Below are positions 40,935-58,424 of a stretch of DNA of 64,000 nucleotides, in pieces. The notes under the pieces are model-generated. The model was not told the origin of the DNA and searched no databases. It saw only the letters and a program-made list of their open reading frames with translations. Each line of letters starts with the position of its first letter. Within the stretch, counting starts at the first letter, position 1. The DNA is from the human T2T-CHM13v2.0 reference genome, Homo sapiens: assembly GCF_009914755.1 (NCBI RefSeq), contig NC_060927.1; one strand, 5' to 3'. The position numbers and the translations under genes were made by a program.

Positions 40935-41120
40935 CTACCTGGCACATGATAAGTGCCCAATGAATGATAACCAAAAGAAAAAAACCATAATGTTAAGTGT
41001 GGTTACTGGCTCTATTTTACAAATAAAGATGTTGAAACTCAAAGGGATTAGAATAAGTAATTTGTTCAAATCATACAGCTGATATGTTTGAGAGGTAGGA
41101 TTCGAGAGACAGGATTCAAA
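40935..41120 (-). mobile_element. MIR SINE
   Basis: 'ctattttacaaataaagatgttgaaactcaaag...ggattcgag'. Confidence 0.6.
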
Positions 41121-41245
41121 CTTATTAAACAAGACTTGTCAAGTGCTTCCAAGATGGCCAAACAGGAACAGCTCCAGTCTGCAGCTCCCAGCGAGATTGA
41201 CACAGAAGATGGGTGATTTCTGCATTTCCAACTGAGATACCTCGT

Positions 41246-41578
41246 TCATCTCACTGGGACTGGTTGGACAGTGGGTGCAGCCCACGGAGGGTGAGCTGAA
41301 GGAGAGCGGCGTGTCACCTCACCTGGGAAGTGCAAGGGGTCAGGGGATTTCCCTTTTCTAGCCAAGGGAAGGTGTGACAGACTGTATCTGGAGAAACAAT
41401 ACTCTCCTGACCAAATATTGTGTTTTTCCCACAGTCTTAGCAACGAGCAGACCAGGAGATACTCTCCCTTGCCTGGCTCGGTGGCTCCCGCACCCACAGA
41501 GCCTTGTTTGCTGCTAGCACAGCAGTCTGAGATCAACCTGTGATTCTGCAGCTTCACAGGGGGAGGGGCGTCCACCAT
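41246..41578 (-). CDS. L1 antisense ORF0 homolog (open, 110 aa)
   Basis: MVDAPPPVKLQNHRLISDCCASSKQGSVG... aligns to recalled ORF0p MAGAPPPASLPPCSLISDCCASNQRDSVG...; ATG in gcaATGg context. Confidence 0.7.
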   Translation of the reverse strand: MVDAPPPVKLQNHRLISDCCASSKQGSVGAGATEPGKGEYLLVCSLLRLWEKHNIWSGEYCFSRYSLSHLPLARKGKSPDPLHFPGEVTRRSPSAHPPWAAPTVQPVPVR

Positions 41579-42130
41579 TGCTGAGGCTTGAGTAGCTCAC
41601 AGTATAAACAAAGAGGCCAGGAAGCATGAAATGGGTGGAGCCCACCACAGCTCAGCAAGTCCTGCTGCCTCTATAGATTCCACCTCTGGGGGCAGGGCAT
41701 AGTAGAACAAAAGGCAGCAGACAACTTCTGCAGACTTAAACATCCCGGTCTGACAGCTCTGAAGAGAGCAGTGATTCTCTCAGCATGGTGTTCGAGCTCT
41801 GAGAACGGACAGACTACCTCCTCAAGCTGGTCCCTCACCCCCATGTAGCCTGACTAGGAAACACCTCCCAGTAGGGGCTGACAGACACCTCAAACAGGCG
41901 GGTGCTCCTCTGGAATGAAGCTTCCAGGGCAATGTTCAGGCAGCAATATTTGCTGTTCTGCAGCCTCTGCTGGTGACTACAACAGACCTGTAGCTGATGG
42001 GTCTGACTGTTAGAAGAAAAATTAACAAACTGAAAAGAATAGCATCAACATCAACAAAAAGGACATCCACACCAAAACCCCATCTGTAGGTCACCAATAT
42101 CAATGACCAAAGGTAGATAAAACCACAAAG

Positions 42131-43156
42131 ATGGGGAGAAACCAGAGCAGAAAAGCTGAAAATTTCAAAAAACAGAGTGCCTCTTCTCCTCCAAAGGATC
42201 GCAGCTCCTTGCCAGCAAAGGAACAAAACTGGACAGAGAATGAGTTAGATGAGTTGACAGAAGTAGACTTCAGAAGGTCAGTAATAACAAACTTCTCTGA
42301 GCTAAAGGAGCATGTTCTAACCCATCGCAAGGAAGCTAAAAAGCTTGAAAAAAGTTTAGACAAATGGCTAACTAGAAAAAACAGTGTAGAGAAGACCTTA
42401 CATGAACTGATGGAGGTGAAAAACATGGCACAAGAATTTCATGACACATGCACAAGCTTCAATAGCCAATTCTATCAAGTGGAAGAAAGGATATCAGTGA
42501 TTGAAGATCAAATTAATGAAATAAAGTGAGAATACAAGATTAAAGAAAAAAAAGTGAAAAGAAATGAACAAAGCTTCCAAGAAATATGGGACTATGTGAA
42601 AAGACCAAATATACATTTGATTGGTGTACCAGAAAGTGACGGGGAGAATGGAATCAAGTTAGAAAACACTCTTCAGGATATTATCCAGGAGAACTTCCCT
42701 AACCTAGCAAAGCAGGCCAACATTCAAATTCAGGAAATACAGAGAACAACACAAAGATACTCCTCGAGAAGAGCAACCCCAAGACACGTAATTGTCAGAT
42801 TCACCAAGATTGAAATAAAGGAAAAATTGCTAAGGGTAGCCAGTGAGAAAGCTCGGGTTACCCACAAAGGGAAGCCTATCAGACTAACAGCAGATCTCTC
42901 GGCAGATACCCTACAAGCTAGAAGAGAGTGGGGGCCAATATTCACCATTCTTAAAGAAAAGAACTTTCAACCCAGAATCCCATATCCAGCCAAACTAAGC
43001 TTCATAACTGAAGGGGACATAAAATCCTTTACAGACAAGCGAATGCTGAGCTATTTTGTCACCACCAGGCCTGCCTTACAAGAACTCCTGAGGGAAGCAC
43101 TAAACATGGAAAGGAACAACCGGTACCAGCCACTGCAAAAACATGCCAAATGGTAA
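42131..43156 (+). pseudogene. L1 ORF1p, interrupted by one in-frame stop (42527-42529)
   Basis: ORFs 42131-42529 and 42554-43156 share a frame; motifs IWDYVKRPN, RLTADLS, ARREW, YPAKLS. Confidence 0.93.
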
Positions 43157-43218
43157 AGACCATCGAAACTATGAAGAAACCGCATCAATTAACAAGCAAA
43201 ATAACCAGCTAACATCAT

Positions 43219-47050
<3,832 letters not shown>

Positions 47051-48141
47051 ACTCATAGGTGGAAGTTGAACTACGAGAACACATGGCCAGGGTGGGGAGC
47101 ATCACACACCGAGGCCTGCTGGGGGTTGTGGGACTGGGGGCAGGATAGCATTAGGAGGAATACCTAATGTAAATGACAAGTTGATGGGTGCAGCAAACCA
47201 ATACGGCTTATGTATACTTATGTAACAAACCTGCACATTGCGCACATGTACCCTAGAACTTAAAGTATAATATAAAAAACACCAAGACTTGTCACCTTTC
47301 ATCTATCTAAATGATGAAGATGAAAAACATAATATAGTAAGTATTTGTTTTGTATGGTAGTGACATGCACAAATTTCATTCACCACCAGTTAATTCACTA
47401 GCAAGCAGCCCTCCAAAAACACAGTTCAAATTTCAGTTACCACAGAATATTAACTGTAATTGTATGAATTCCAATCTTCTCTTACTAGTTCTTCAATCCA
47501 CAAATAACTACATAAATAACAGATGAACATCATAACCAGAGACCCATGATGTCATTTCTTTCAAAGCCCATTGGCAATTGGTCACTGTGCACCGGTTATT
47601 TATATTATGCACAGACAGCAATGCATGTAGTTGTGTTGCCTCTTGTCTGCCAGTGATAGAACTACATGAAGTTTTATAGAAATGGATAATTGAATTAAGG
47701 AATTGGCCAATAAATATGAAAATGGAGGAAGGAAACCAAAAACGATAATACTGGAACTGAAATTAAAACTGAATGTGGGTGAAATCAGAGAAGAAAGAGC
47801 TGACTGTGGGAACATTGACACTACCATCATTTGAGAGATTCTACATGTGTAGCCAGAGGAACTTAGTGAAGGTGAACTTGTCAATATAAATGAGAAAAGT
47901 GATTCATGTGAAAGTATGAAGATGTCCCAGAGAAAGTGACATTAGAAAAAAGTTTTCACATTCAAGAAACTCCTGGTGATATTTCATGACATTGAAATCC
48001 CAAAGGATAAAATGTTGGAAGCCGATTGAGACTTAGAAGGGAGTATGACAATTTGCCAAGGTATAGAAAAGATTTGGCTTGAGTATAGAAGTTCTATGAT
48101 GAGAAGAGGAAGGCAAACACTGGTTAAACTACTCTTGATAA

Positions 48142-48452
<311 letters not shown>

Positions 48453-48488
48453 TTTTTGTTTTCTTTTTAACAAAGAAATAAAATACCT

Positions 48489-48875
48489 TGTCTTATCTCA
48501 GACTTTCATAACAAAATACAATTGACTGGGTGATTTAAACAACAGGAAGTTGTTTCTCACAGTTCTGGAGGCTGGGAAGTTTAAAATCAAAGGGCTGGCT
48601 AAGTAGATTTTATTCCAAGGCTTCTTCTCTCAGTTTATAGGCAGCTATTATCTCACTGTGTCACATGACCTCTTCTTTATGCAAGTGAGGGAAGAGAGAG
48701 ATCTCTTTCTCTTCGTCTTCTTGTAAGGTCACCCATCACATAAGATAAGATTCACTCTCAGGACCTCATCTGACTTTAATTATCTCCTAAAAGCCCTATT
48801 TTCAAATAGAGTCACTTTGGGGATTAAAGTTTCAACATATGAATTTGAGGAAGGGACACAATTAAGTTCATAGCA
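48489..48875 (-). mobile_element. MLT1A-type MaLR solo LTR
   Basis: 'tgtcttatctcagactttcataacaaaatac...ctcacagttctggaggctgggaag...gttcatagca'. Confidence 0.85.
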
Positions 48876-49474
48876 CACCTTACTTTTCAGTGTTTCTAAT
48901 GTTTAGTGTTCTACTAAATATATGCATTTTACTGTCTTTTAAATTTCTCTATATATTTATAGCTGAGAGTGAGTTTTAATGATTTAACAAAAAGTTTAAA
49001 AGGTCAGAGAATAATTGCCATTTTTCTATTGGTTATTAAGATCCCTTTGTACAGTTTCAGTTTGTGTGGTCATTTTTACACTCTCAGATTGCCTAGCGAA
49101 GGAGAGACCACTTGGGCTGAGTGCTGGTGACTTTGCAGTGAGGTGAGCATTCTCAAACATGGCTAACAGGAGTAGAAATTAATAAATGCAACTCTTCATT
49201 TAGGACAAGTTGACTGAATGTAACAGGGAACGGAAAAAATTACCATTTCTGGCCTTGTAATTTTACTACTTGGATTATGTCACCTGTAAATAGAGACACA
49301 GTCAGATATTTATATACCAGTATGTTTATTTTTAGCATCAAAGATTGCTACATTAGCTGAAGAGGTAATGTGGCTTCGGATACAAACAAATAGAAGGCAG
49401 ACATAAGGACATTTTCTCAAATACAAAACGAAGATTATGAATTCAGAACAAGTTCAAATTGTTCCCAGTATGTT

Positions 49475-49546
<72 letters not shown>

Positions 49547-49818
49547 GAGACAGAGTTTTTCTCTTGTCACTGTGATGGAGTGCAATGGTGCGATCTTGGC
49601 TCACTGCAACCTCCGCCTCTCTAGTTCAAGCGATTCTCCTGCCTCAGACTTTCGAGTAGCTAGGAGTACAGTCACCTGCCACCATGCCCAGCTAATTTTT
49701 GTATTTTTAGTAAAGACAGGGTTTCACCATGTTGGCCAGGCTGGTCTCGAACTCCTGACCTCGGTGATCCACCTGCCTCAGCCTCCCAAAATGCTGGGAT
49801 CCCTGGTGTGAGCCACCG
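49475..49818 (-). mobile_element. AluS with compound (GT)n(AT)n(T)n tail
   Basis: Reverse Alu 49547-49818, slightly 5'-truncated; compound microsatellite 49475-49546. Confidence 0.92.
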
Positions 49819-49859
49819 TTCTGTGAGTTATATGTATTTTTAAACAATGAACACAGTTT

Positions 49860-50260
49860 CTGGGATCTGACTCTTAGGACTGCCTAGCAGGTTTCTTGAC
49901 CGTGTACAAATCAGATTGTCTTATTCTCCTTCCCGTAACTATCAAAAGGCTTCTTGATTCCATCAAAATGAATCCCAGATTCTCTACAGTGGCTGATAGG
50001 GTCTTCTGGGAGCAGACCTTGACCAAACATTTAACTTCCTTTCCTACTGCATTGATTTTCTTTCTGTTTCTTTTCACCTCAGAGGTTTGCCACCAGTTGT
50101 TTCTGTATTTAGAAGACAGCACCCACATTCTCATGGGGTTGACTCCTTTTATACCTTGGGGTCTCAGCTCAACTCTCCTCTCTTCCTAAAAGGCTCTCAG
50201 CTTCTTCTCCTCAACTCCAATCACTCTATCATTTGACTCTGTTTTATTTTCTTCCTAATC
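49860..50260 (+). mobile_element. L2 fragment
   Basis: 'caaatcagattgtcttattctccttccc...aaaatgaatcccagattctc'. Confidence 0.55.
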
Positions 50261-50261
50261 T

Positions 50262-50879
50262 TGTTCTGTTTTAGGAAGAGTTGACCAGGAATCAGAGTAT
50301 GAAACAAAGTTCTGAGTGCAGGAAGCTTACTGGAGAAATGATCCAGGGAGCAGGAGAAATAGATAAGCTTGATGAACAAGGAAATAAAGAAAGTCAATAT
50401 AAGGATGAGTTATAGGATTGGCTGCTGTTAAGGGACACTGTGGTGCTAGACCCTTTGAAATGCATTTCTGAGCTATTCATCTTGAGGATAGAGACACATT
50501 TATCTTTATGTTTCCAGCCCCCAGGGGTCAGAAGTAGCCCCATGGCATTAGCTACCTCACATTTCCAAGAATTAAGCAACTTCTTGTAGGCACCCTGTGC
50601 CATAGTGTCTTAGATAAATTTGGGTCAGGAAGCAAGAGGTACATGAAGTGGGGCAAAATTTCACCTTCAAGGAACTCTTGGGTATATTCTATGACACAGA
50701 AAATGAAAAGCATGAAATGTTGGAACTTGATCTAACTTCAAAAAGGTATGAGTCACTGTAAGGTTGCACCAGTATGAAGCTCATCAAAACTTGGGAGAGG
50801 CCATTATGGTATCAGTGGTTAGAGTGAGAGATGGTACAAAGAAGTTATTTAAAGTGCTGTAGAAGAGGCATCCGATACA
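50262..50879 (-). mobile_element. Old ERVL-class solo LTR (LTR16/40/41-like)
   Basis: 'gaaacaaagttctgagtgcaggaagcttactggagaaatgatccaggg' and terminus 'gcatccgataca'. Confidence 0.5.
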
Positions 50880-52182
50880 TCATCAGAAATTATGTTTGCA
50901 TACAGTTGAGTATTGTTCATCTCTAAATTTCAGGAGAACATGACTATCAAGGATGACTATATGAGCAGAACCTTATATTCCTCGATTTAGCCTGTGCCCT
51001 TGAAGGATCTAAAGTTATTACTGGCTAATAGCATCTTCTGGCTCTTAGCAATTCCAGAAGTAAATCCCACATAATGAAATGTAACCCCAGTATAACCGCC
51101 TAGGGTTTCAATTCACTGAGGTCAACCAATAGGAGTCCAAAAACCACAATGGGTGAGACTCAGCAAAAGCAAGCAAACAATCAGATTTAGACACCTAATT
51201 ATTTAACATGGGAATATCAGAAACAAAATACAAAATTACCTTATGAAATATTTAAAGAAATAAAAGATGAAATAAAAATGAGCAAGCAATAAGGAAGCTA
51301 TTTAAAATAATCAGATATTTACCAAGTAAAAGTCTATTTTTGCATCCAGTATGGCCAACTCTTTGATGTTAGAACTGTGCTAGAAAAGGCAAATACATGG
51401 TTCATGTATGTGAATCCATACAGAAAAAAATTAATTAATTAAAAAATATTAGGCTGAACAGACCAATAACAAGTAGCAAGATCAAAGTCCTAATAAAAAG
51501 TCTACCAGTAATGAAAAGCCCAGGACCCAATGTCTTCACTGCTAAATTCTACCAAACATTTAAAGAACTAATACCAATCCTACTCAAACTATTCCAAAAA
51601 AGTGGAGGAGGAGAGAATACTTCCAAACTCATTCTACAAGGCCATTACTACTCCAATACCAAAACCAGACAAAGACACATCAAAGAAACAAACAAACAAA
51701 CACTACAGGCCAACATCCCTGATGAATATTAATGCAAAAAACCTCAACAAAATAATAGAAAATTCAATTCAAGAACACATTAAAAAGGTCATTCATCATG
51801 ACCAAGTGGGATTTATGCCACGGATGCAAGAATGATTCAATATATGCAAATCAATCAGTGTGATACATCATACTAACAAAATGAAGGGCAAAGACCATGT
51901 GATCATTTCAGTTGATGCTGAAAATTTTTTTAAAAAATTCAACATCCTGGCATGATAAAAACTATAAAAATACTGTTTATAGAAGGAATATACCTCAGCA
52001 TAATAAAAGCTGTATTGACAGACTCATAGCTAGTATCATACTGAATGGGGAAAGACCGAAACCTTTTCTGTAAAATGGGGAACACAACAAGCATGTCTAG
52101 TTTCACCAATATTATTCAATACACTACTGGAAATCCTAGCTAGAGCAAACAGACAAGAGAAAGATATAAAGGGCTTTCAAAA

Positions 52183-52312
52183 CCCATTTATGCCTAGTGT
52201 TCCATTATTGGAACACTAAACATGTGGGAGTTATTTTTATCCTACTGCTCAAGGTCATCACCAAAGTCCGATTTTTCAAATTCAAAAAATTGCAACCTCA
52301 AGCATAAATGGG
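52183..52312 (+). mobile_element. MER85 (piggyBac/PGBD3-derived MITE)
   Basis: TIRs cccatttatgc / gcataaatggg, right flank TTAA, internal palindrome gttccattattggaac. Confidence 0.92.
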
Positions 52313-53862
52313 TTAAAATGGAAGACTTCTACTTATCCTTGTTTGCAGGTTATGATCTTACATTTGGAAAAACCCTAAAGACTCCATCAAAAAACTGTTA
52401 GAACTGATAAACAAATTCAGTAAATTTGTAGCACACAAAATCAACATAAAAAATTAGTAGCATATCTATATGCTAATAGTGAACAATCAGAAAAAGAAAT
52501 CAAGAAAGTAATCCCATTTACAATAGCTACAAGTACAAGTAAATACTTAGGAATTAATTTAACCAAGAAAGATCTCTACAATGAAAACTGTAAAACATTG
52601 ATGTCAGAAATTAAAGACACAAGAAATGAAAAGTATTCCATGTTCATGGACTGGAAGAATCAATATTGTTAAAATGTCTATACTACTCAAAGTGATGTAC
52701 AGACTTAGTGCAAAGACCCAGAATAGCCAAAGCTATCCTAAGTTTTGGCTACAATGAATAAAACTGGAAGAATTACATTACGTGATTTCAAATCATAGTA
52801 CGGATCTATAGTAACCAAAGCATCATTGTACTGACATAGAAACACACACATAGACCAATGTAAAAGAATACAGAACCCATAAATAAATCCATACAGTGTA
52901 CTCATTTTTTACAAAGGTGCCAAGAACATACCTTGGGGGAAAGAATAATTTCTACAACAAATGGTGCTGAAAAACTGGATATCCAGATTCAGAAGAATAA
53001 AACTAGACTACTATCTCTCACCATACACAAAAGTAAAATAAAAATGAATTAAAGACTTAAATCTAAGACCTCACTATGAAACTACTACACAAACAGTGGG
53101 GACATTGGACTGGGCAAAGACTTCTTGAGAAATGCCCTATAAGAAAAGGCAACCAAAGCAAAAATGGACATATGGGATTACATCAAGTTAAAAAGCTTCT
53201 GAACAGCAAAGGATGCAATCAACAAAGTGAAGATCAACCAACAGAATCAGAGAAAATATTTGCAAACTACCTATTTGACCAGAGACTAATAACCAGAATA
53301 TATAAGGAGCTCAAACAACTCTATAGGAAAAACAATTAATGTTCTGATTTAAAAATGGGCAAATAATCTGACTAGACATTTCTCAAAAGAAGACATACAA
53401 ATGACAAACAGGCATATGAAAAGGTGCTCAACATCATTGATCATAAGGAAATGCAAATTAAAACTACGATGGGATATTATCTCACCCCAGTTAAAATGGC
53501 TTATATCCAAAAGACAGAAAATAACAAATGCTGGTGAAGATGTGGAGAAAAGGCAGCCCTTGTACACTGTTGGAAGGAATGTAAATTAGTGCAACATCTA
53601 TGGAGGACAGCTTGGAGGTTCCTCAAAAAACTAAAAAATACAGCAACTATATGATCTAGCAATCCCACTGCTAGGTGTACACCCAAAAGAAAGGAAATCA
53701 TTATATTGAAAAGACACCTTTACTTTCATTTGTTTTTGCAGTATTATTCACAATAGCCAAGATTTGGAAACAACCTAAGTGCCAATCAACAGACAAATGG
53801 ATAAAGACAATGTGGTGCATATCAGTAATGGAGTACTATTCAGTCATAAAAAACAATACGAT

Positions 53863-55342
53863 AGCTAAGACAATTCTAAGCAAAAAGAACAAAGCTGCAG
53901 GCATCACTCAACCTGATTTCAAACTATACTACTAGGCTACAGTAACCAAAACAGCATGGTACTGGTACCAGAACAGGCATATAGACCAATGGAACAGAAC
54001 AGAGACCTCAGAAACAGCATCACATATCTACAACTATCTGATCTTCAACAAGCCTGACAAAAACAAGGAATGGGGAAAGGATTCCCTATTTAATAAGTGG
54101 TGCTGGGAAAATGAGGTAGCCATACACAGAAAACTGAAAGTAGACCCCTTTCTTACATCTTATATAAAAATTAACACAAGATATATTAAAGACTTAAATG
54201 TAAAACCCAAAACCATAAAAACCCTAGAAGAAAACCTAGACAATACCATTCAGGATATAGGCATGGGCAAAGACTTCATGATGAAAACCCTAAAAGCAAT
54301 TGCAACAAAAGCCAAAATTAACAAATGGGATATAATTAAACTAAAGAGCTTCTGCACAGCCAAGAAACTAGCATCAGAGTGATCAGGCAACATACAGAAT
54401 GGGAGAAAATGTTTGCAATCTACCCATCTGACAAAGGTCTAATATCCAGATTCTACAAGGAACTTAAACAAATTTACAAGAAAAAAGCAACCCCATCAAA
54501 AAGAGGGCAAAGGATATGAACAGAAACTTCTCAAAAGGAGACATTTATCCAGCCAACAAACATGAAAAAAAAGCTCAACATCACTGATCACTAAAGAAAT
54601 GCAAATCAAAACCACAGTGAGATACCATCTCACACCAGTCAAAATGCGATTATTAAAAAGTCAAGAAACAATAGATGCTGGCAAGGCTGTGGAGAATGGT
54701 TTTACACTGTTGGTGGGAGTGTAAATTAGTTCAACCATTGTGGAAGACAATGTGGTGATTCCTCAAGGATCTAGAACCAGAAATACCATTTGACCCAGCA
54801 ATCCCATTACTGGGTATCTACCCAAAGGAATATAAATCATTCTACTATGAAGACACATGCACATGTACGTTCATTGCAGCACTGTTTACAATAGCAAAGA
54901 CATGGAACCAACCCAAATGCCCATCAATTATAGACTGGATAAAGAAAATGTGGCACATATACACCATGGAATACTATATAGCCATAAAGAAGAATGAGCT
55001 CATGTCCTTTGCAGGGACATGGATGAAGCTGGAGGCCATCATCCTCAGCAAACTAATACAGGCACAGAAGACCAGGAACCTCATGTTCTCACTCATAAGT
55101 GGGAGTTGAACAGAGAACACATGGACACAGGGAGGGGAACAACAAACACCAGGGCCTGTCAGCGGGTGGAGAGCAAGGGGAAGTAGAGCATTAGGACAAA
55201 TAGCTAATGCATGCAGGGCTTAAAACCTAGATGATGGGTTGATAGATGCAGCAAACCACCATAGCACATATATACCAATGTAATAAACCTGTATGTTCTA
55301 CATACGTATCCGGAACTTAAAGTAAAATAAAAACAAACACAC
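53863..55342 (+). mobile_element. 5'-truncated L1PA10/11-like element nested in the L1MA2
   Basis: TSD aaaaacaat(a/c)cgat at 53849-53862 and 55343-55356; 3'UTR 'ctaatgcatgcagggcttaaaacctagatga'. Confidence 0.88.
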
Positions 55343-57012
55343 AAAAACAATCCGATCCTGTCATTTGCATCAATGTGGATGGGACTGGAGGTCATTACGT
55401 TAAATGAAATAGGCCAGGCATGGAAAGGCAAACTTTGCATACTCTCACTTATTGTGGGAGGTAAAAATTAAAATAATTGAACTCATGGAGATAGGGAGTA
55501 AAGGGATGATTCCCAGTGCCTGGGAAAGGTAGTGGTGGTGCTTGGTGGGGGGAATGGGGATGGTTAATGGTTACAAAAACATAGTTAGAAAGAATGAATA
55601 AGATCTCATATTTGATAGCACAACAGCATGACTATAGTCAATAATAATTTAATTATATATTTAAAAATAACTAAAAGAGTATAACAGGATTGTTTGTCAC
55701 ACAAAGGATCAATGCTCAAGTTGATGGATACCCCCATTTGCCCTGATGTAATTTTTATGTACTGAATGACTGTATCAAAATAACTCATGTATACACTTAC
55801 TATGTATCTGAATTTTTTTAATTTAAAATATTATTAGACACAAAAATCATTTACTAAAAGTAAATCTCAACTCACTAGGAAGATATAATTCTAAATATGT
55901 ATGTACTTTACAAAATAGTCTCAACCTATATAAAGCAAAAATTGCTACAACTACAGAAAGAAACTGACAAATCTAACATCACAGTAGGAGATTTACAGAA
56001 CTTCATGCTTTACTGAAAATTCTGTCAGTTATCCATCTCATTAGAATTGCCTGTTTTGTTAATCTTTTTAATAGTGCTGATTCCTTAAAATGGGCTGAGT
56101 CTTTGTCTTTGGCCTAGATCATGGTAAGATTTTATGAAATTATCACATTGGTTTAAGAAGAATGTGGCTTATCTAGTTGATAGGCACAAGACATAACTCT
56201 AAACATGTATGTACTTCAAAAAATAGTCTTCTATAGATTCAGGCTTATTAATTATATCATTCAAACCTTGTATAACTTAGCTTTATAAATTTCTTTTTTC
56301 AAACCAAGAAAACACCAGATTTTGATGGCTTTATAGGATATTCTACAAAACTTTATGGAACAAATCATTGCAATTTTATAAAAATTCTTTCACAAGATAC
56401 AAAAAAGGGACACTATCATATAATTTCATTCTATGATCCAAAATGGAAATAAGGAGTGATCTTACTCATAAATATAAATGCAAAGGTATTACCCCAAATA
56501 TTAGAAAAATAAAATTCAGCAATCTGTTTTAGAAAAATAAAGTTCAGCAATCTGCACAAAGGGTAATGTGCCAAAACTAAGCTGAATTTATTCCAAAAAT
56601 TCACAAGTGAGTTAAAAAGTTTATTCATGTAATTTCCACATTAATGTATTTAAGGATGAAAACAACATGATTTCAACAGATGTCAGACAAGCACTTAACA
56701 AACTCCACATTTATTTGTGATGAAACTTTTAGCAAATTATGAATAAAAGGAAATTCCTTTAATCTATTAAAAAGTACCAAATAACTCCTACAGTAAACAT
56801 AATTCTTAATAGTAAAACATTAAAAACATTATCTTTAAAACTTCAAACAAGGCAAGGATGCTTATTTTTACTACTGCTATCCAACATTATGGTGCAGGTC
56901 CCAGCCAGTGCAGCATGGAAAGAAAGAGGAAAAAATGTAAAATATGGAAAGGAAAAACACCATGCTTTTATCATTTTTTTGGCATGTGATTGTCCATACA
57001 GAAAATTGAAAG

Positions 57013-57013
57013 A

Positions 57014-57045
<32 letters not shown>

Positions 57046-57135
57046 CATATATATAAGATATATATGGTAGATATATATATGTATTTCTATAAAATGTAGA
57101 TATCTATATATATACATGTATATATCTATATATAT
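57013..57135. repeat. (CT)n(AT)n compound microsatellite
   Basis: Direct reading. Confidence 0.9.
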
Positions 57136-57986
57136 GTCAAAATAATAGAGGGTAGAGAGGTGGATGGTTGTAACACCAGCAGTCCAAAATTGCATTTATA
57201 TACACTAACCAAAAATTTATGAAACATAATTTTGAGAAGGTAATATTATATTAGCAGCAAAGTATGTATGGTACTTAGGAATAAATTTAGAAGTAAATGT
57301 GCAAAACGTGGAGAAATATAGTACTTTATTACTTTATTTAAAAATATAAACAATAAAAATTATTATTTTATGAATACAAAGGCTTAATACTGTAAAGATA
57401 TTAATTCTTCCCTGTTGATCTAGAGATTAAATGAATTTTTAATCACAATCCAGACATTTAAGAAATGATTTATAAGCTGATTTTATATTTTAATGGAAGA
57501 TCAAATGACCAGGAATAGTCAAGAGACTCCTGAAAAAACAAAACAAAACAAAACAAAGGGAGGAAGGTGAAAGGTCTAGCTTTACCACATAAGAACAACT
57601 ATAATAAAGTTACAATAATTTGCCCAGAGTAGTGTGGTAGGCAAATTGGCCATTGAAACAGACTCAAGATCCTAAAAAGAAACCCACACTTATAAGGCAC
57701 CTTAATATGTGATGGTTACTTTGTGAATTAATAAAAGAAAAATGAACATTTTAGTAAGCGGTATTGGAAAAATTTATTACCCCAAAACAAACAAACAAAA
57801 AAACCCAAACAATAAAATCAATAAAATTAAATCCCTGCCTCACATCCATAAGCAAAGTCAGTATCTGATAAATTAAAAACATTTAAATGTGAAGACAAGT
57901 CTTCAAAACTTCAGAAGGTAATATACAGGGTATCTTCACAGCTTTAAGATGTAAAAAATTTTTACAGCACAAAAATTCCTAACCAT

Positions 57987-58419
57987 TGTATTTGTTTTCT
58001 GTGGCTGCTATAACAAATTACCACAAACTAGGTGGCTTACAACATAGAAATTTCTTCTCTCACATTTCTGGAGGCTGCAAGTCAGAGGTCATGGTGTCAG
58101 CAGGCTCATGCTCCCTCTGAATATCTAGGGAAGTCCTTCCTTGCCTCTGCAGCTTCTGGTGTTTGCTGGCAGTCTTTAGCATTCCTTGGCTTACAGCTGC
58201 ACCATTCCAATGTCTTCTTTCTTTGTCACATGGCTGTCTTCCCTGTGTCTCCTCTGTCTCTGTGTCTGAATTCCTCTCTTCTTATAAGAGAACAACAGTG
58301 TTTTGATTTGGGGTCCACCCTAATTCCGTGTGACCTGTATCAACCCTATTCCAAATAAGGTCACATCCACGGATTCTGGTGGACGTGAATTTTGGGGGGA
58401 CACTATTCAAACTAGTATA
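57987..58419 (-). mobile_element. MLT1C-like MaLR solo LTR
   Basis: 'tgtatttgttttctgtggctgctataacaaattaccacaaactaggtggctta...gacactattcaa'. Confidence 0.85.
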
Positions 58420-58424
58420 AGCAT

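Larger units (their letters stand above)
51455..55830 (+). mobile_element. 5'-truncated L1MA2-like LINE (ORF2 plus 3'UTR) hosting MER85 and an L1PA
   Basis: ORF2 peptides [16 protein letters not shown] and HHDQVGFMP; 3' end 'gaaagaatgaataagatct...tttgatagcacaacag'. Confidence 0.85.
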
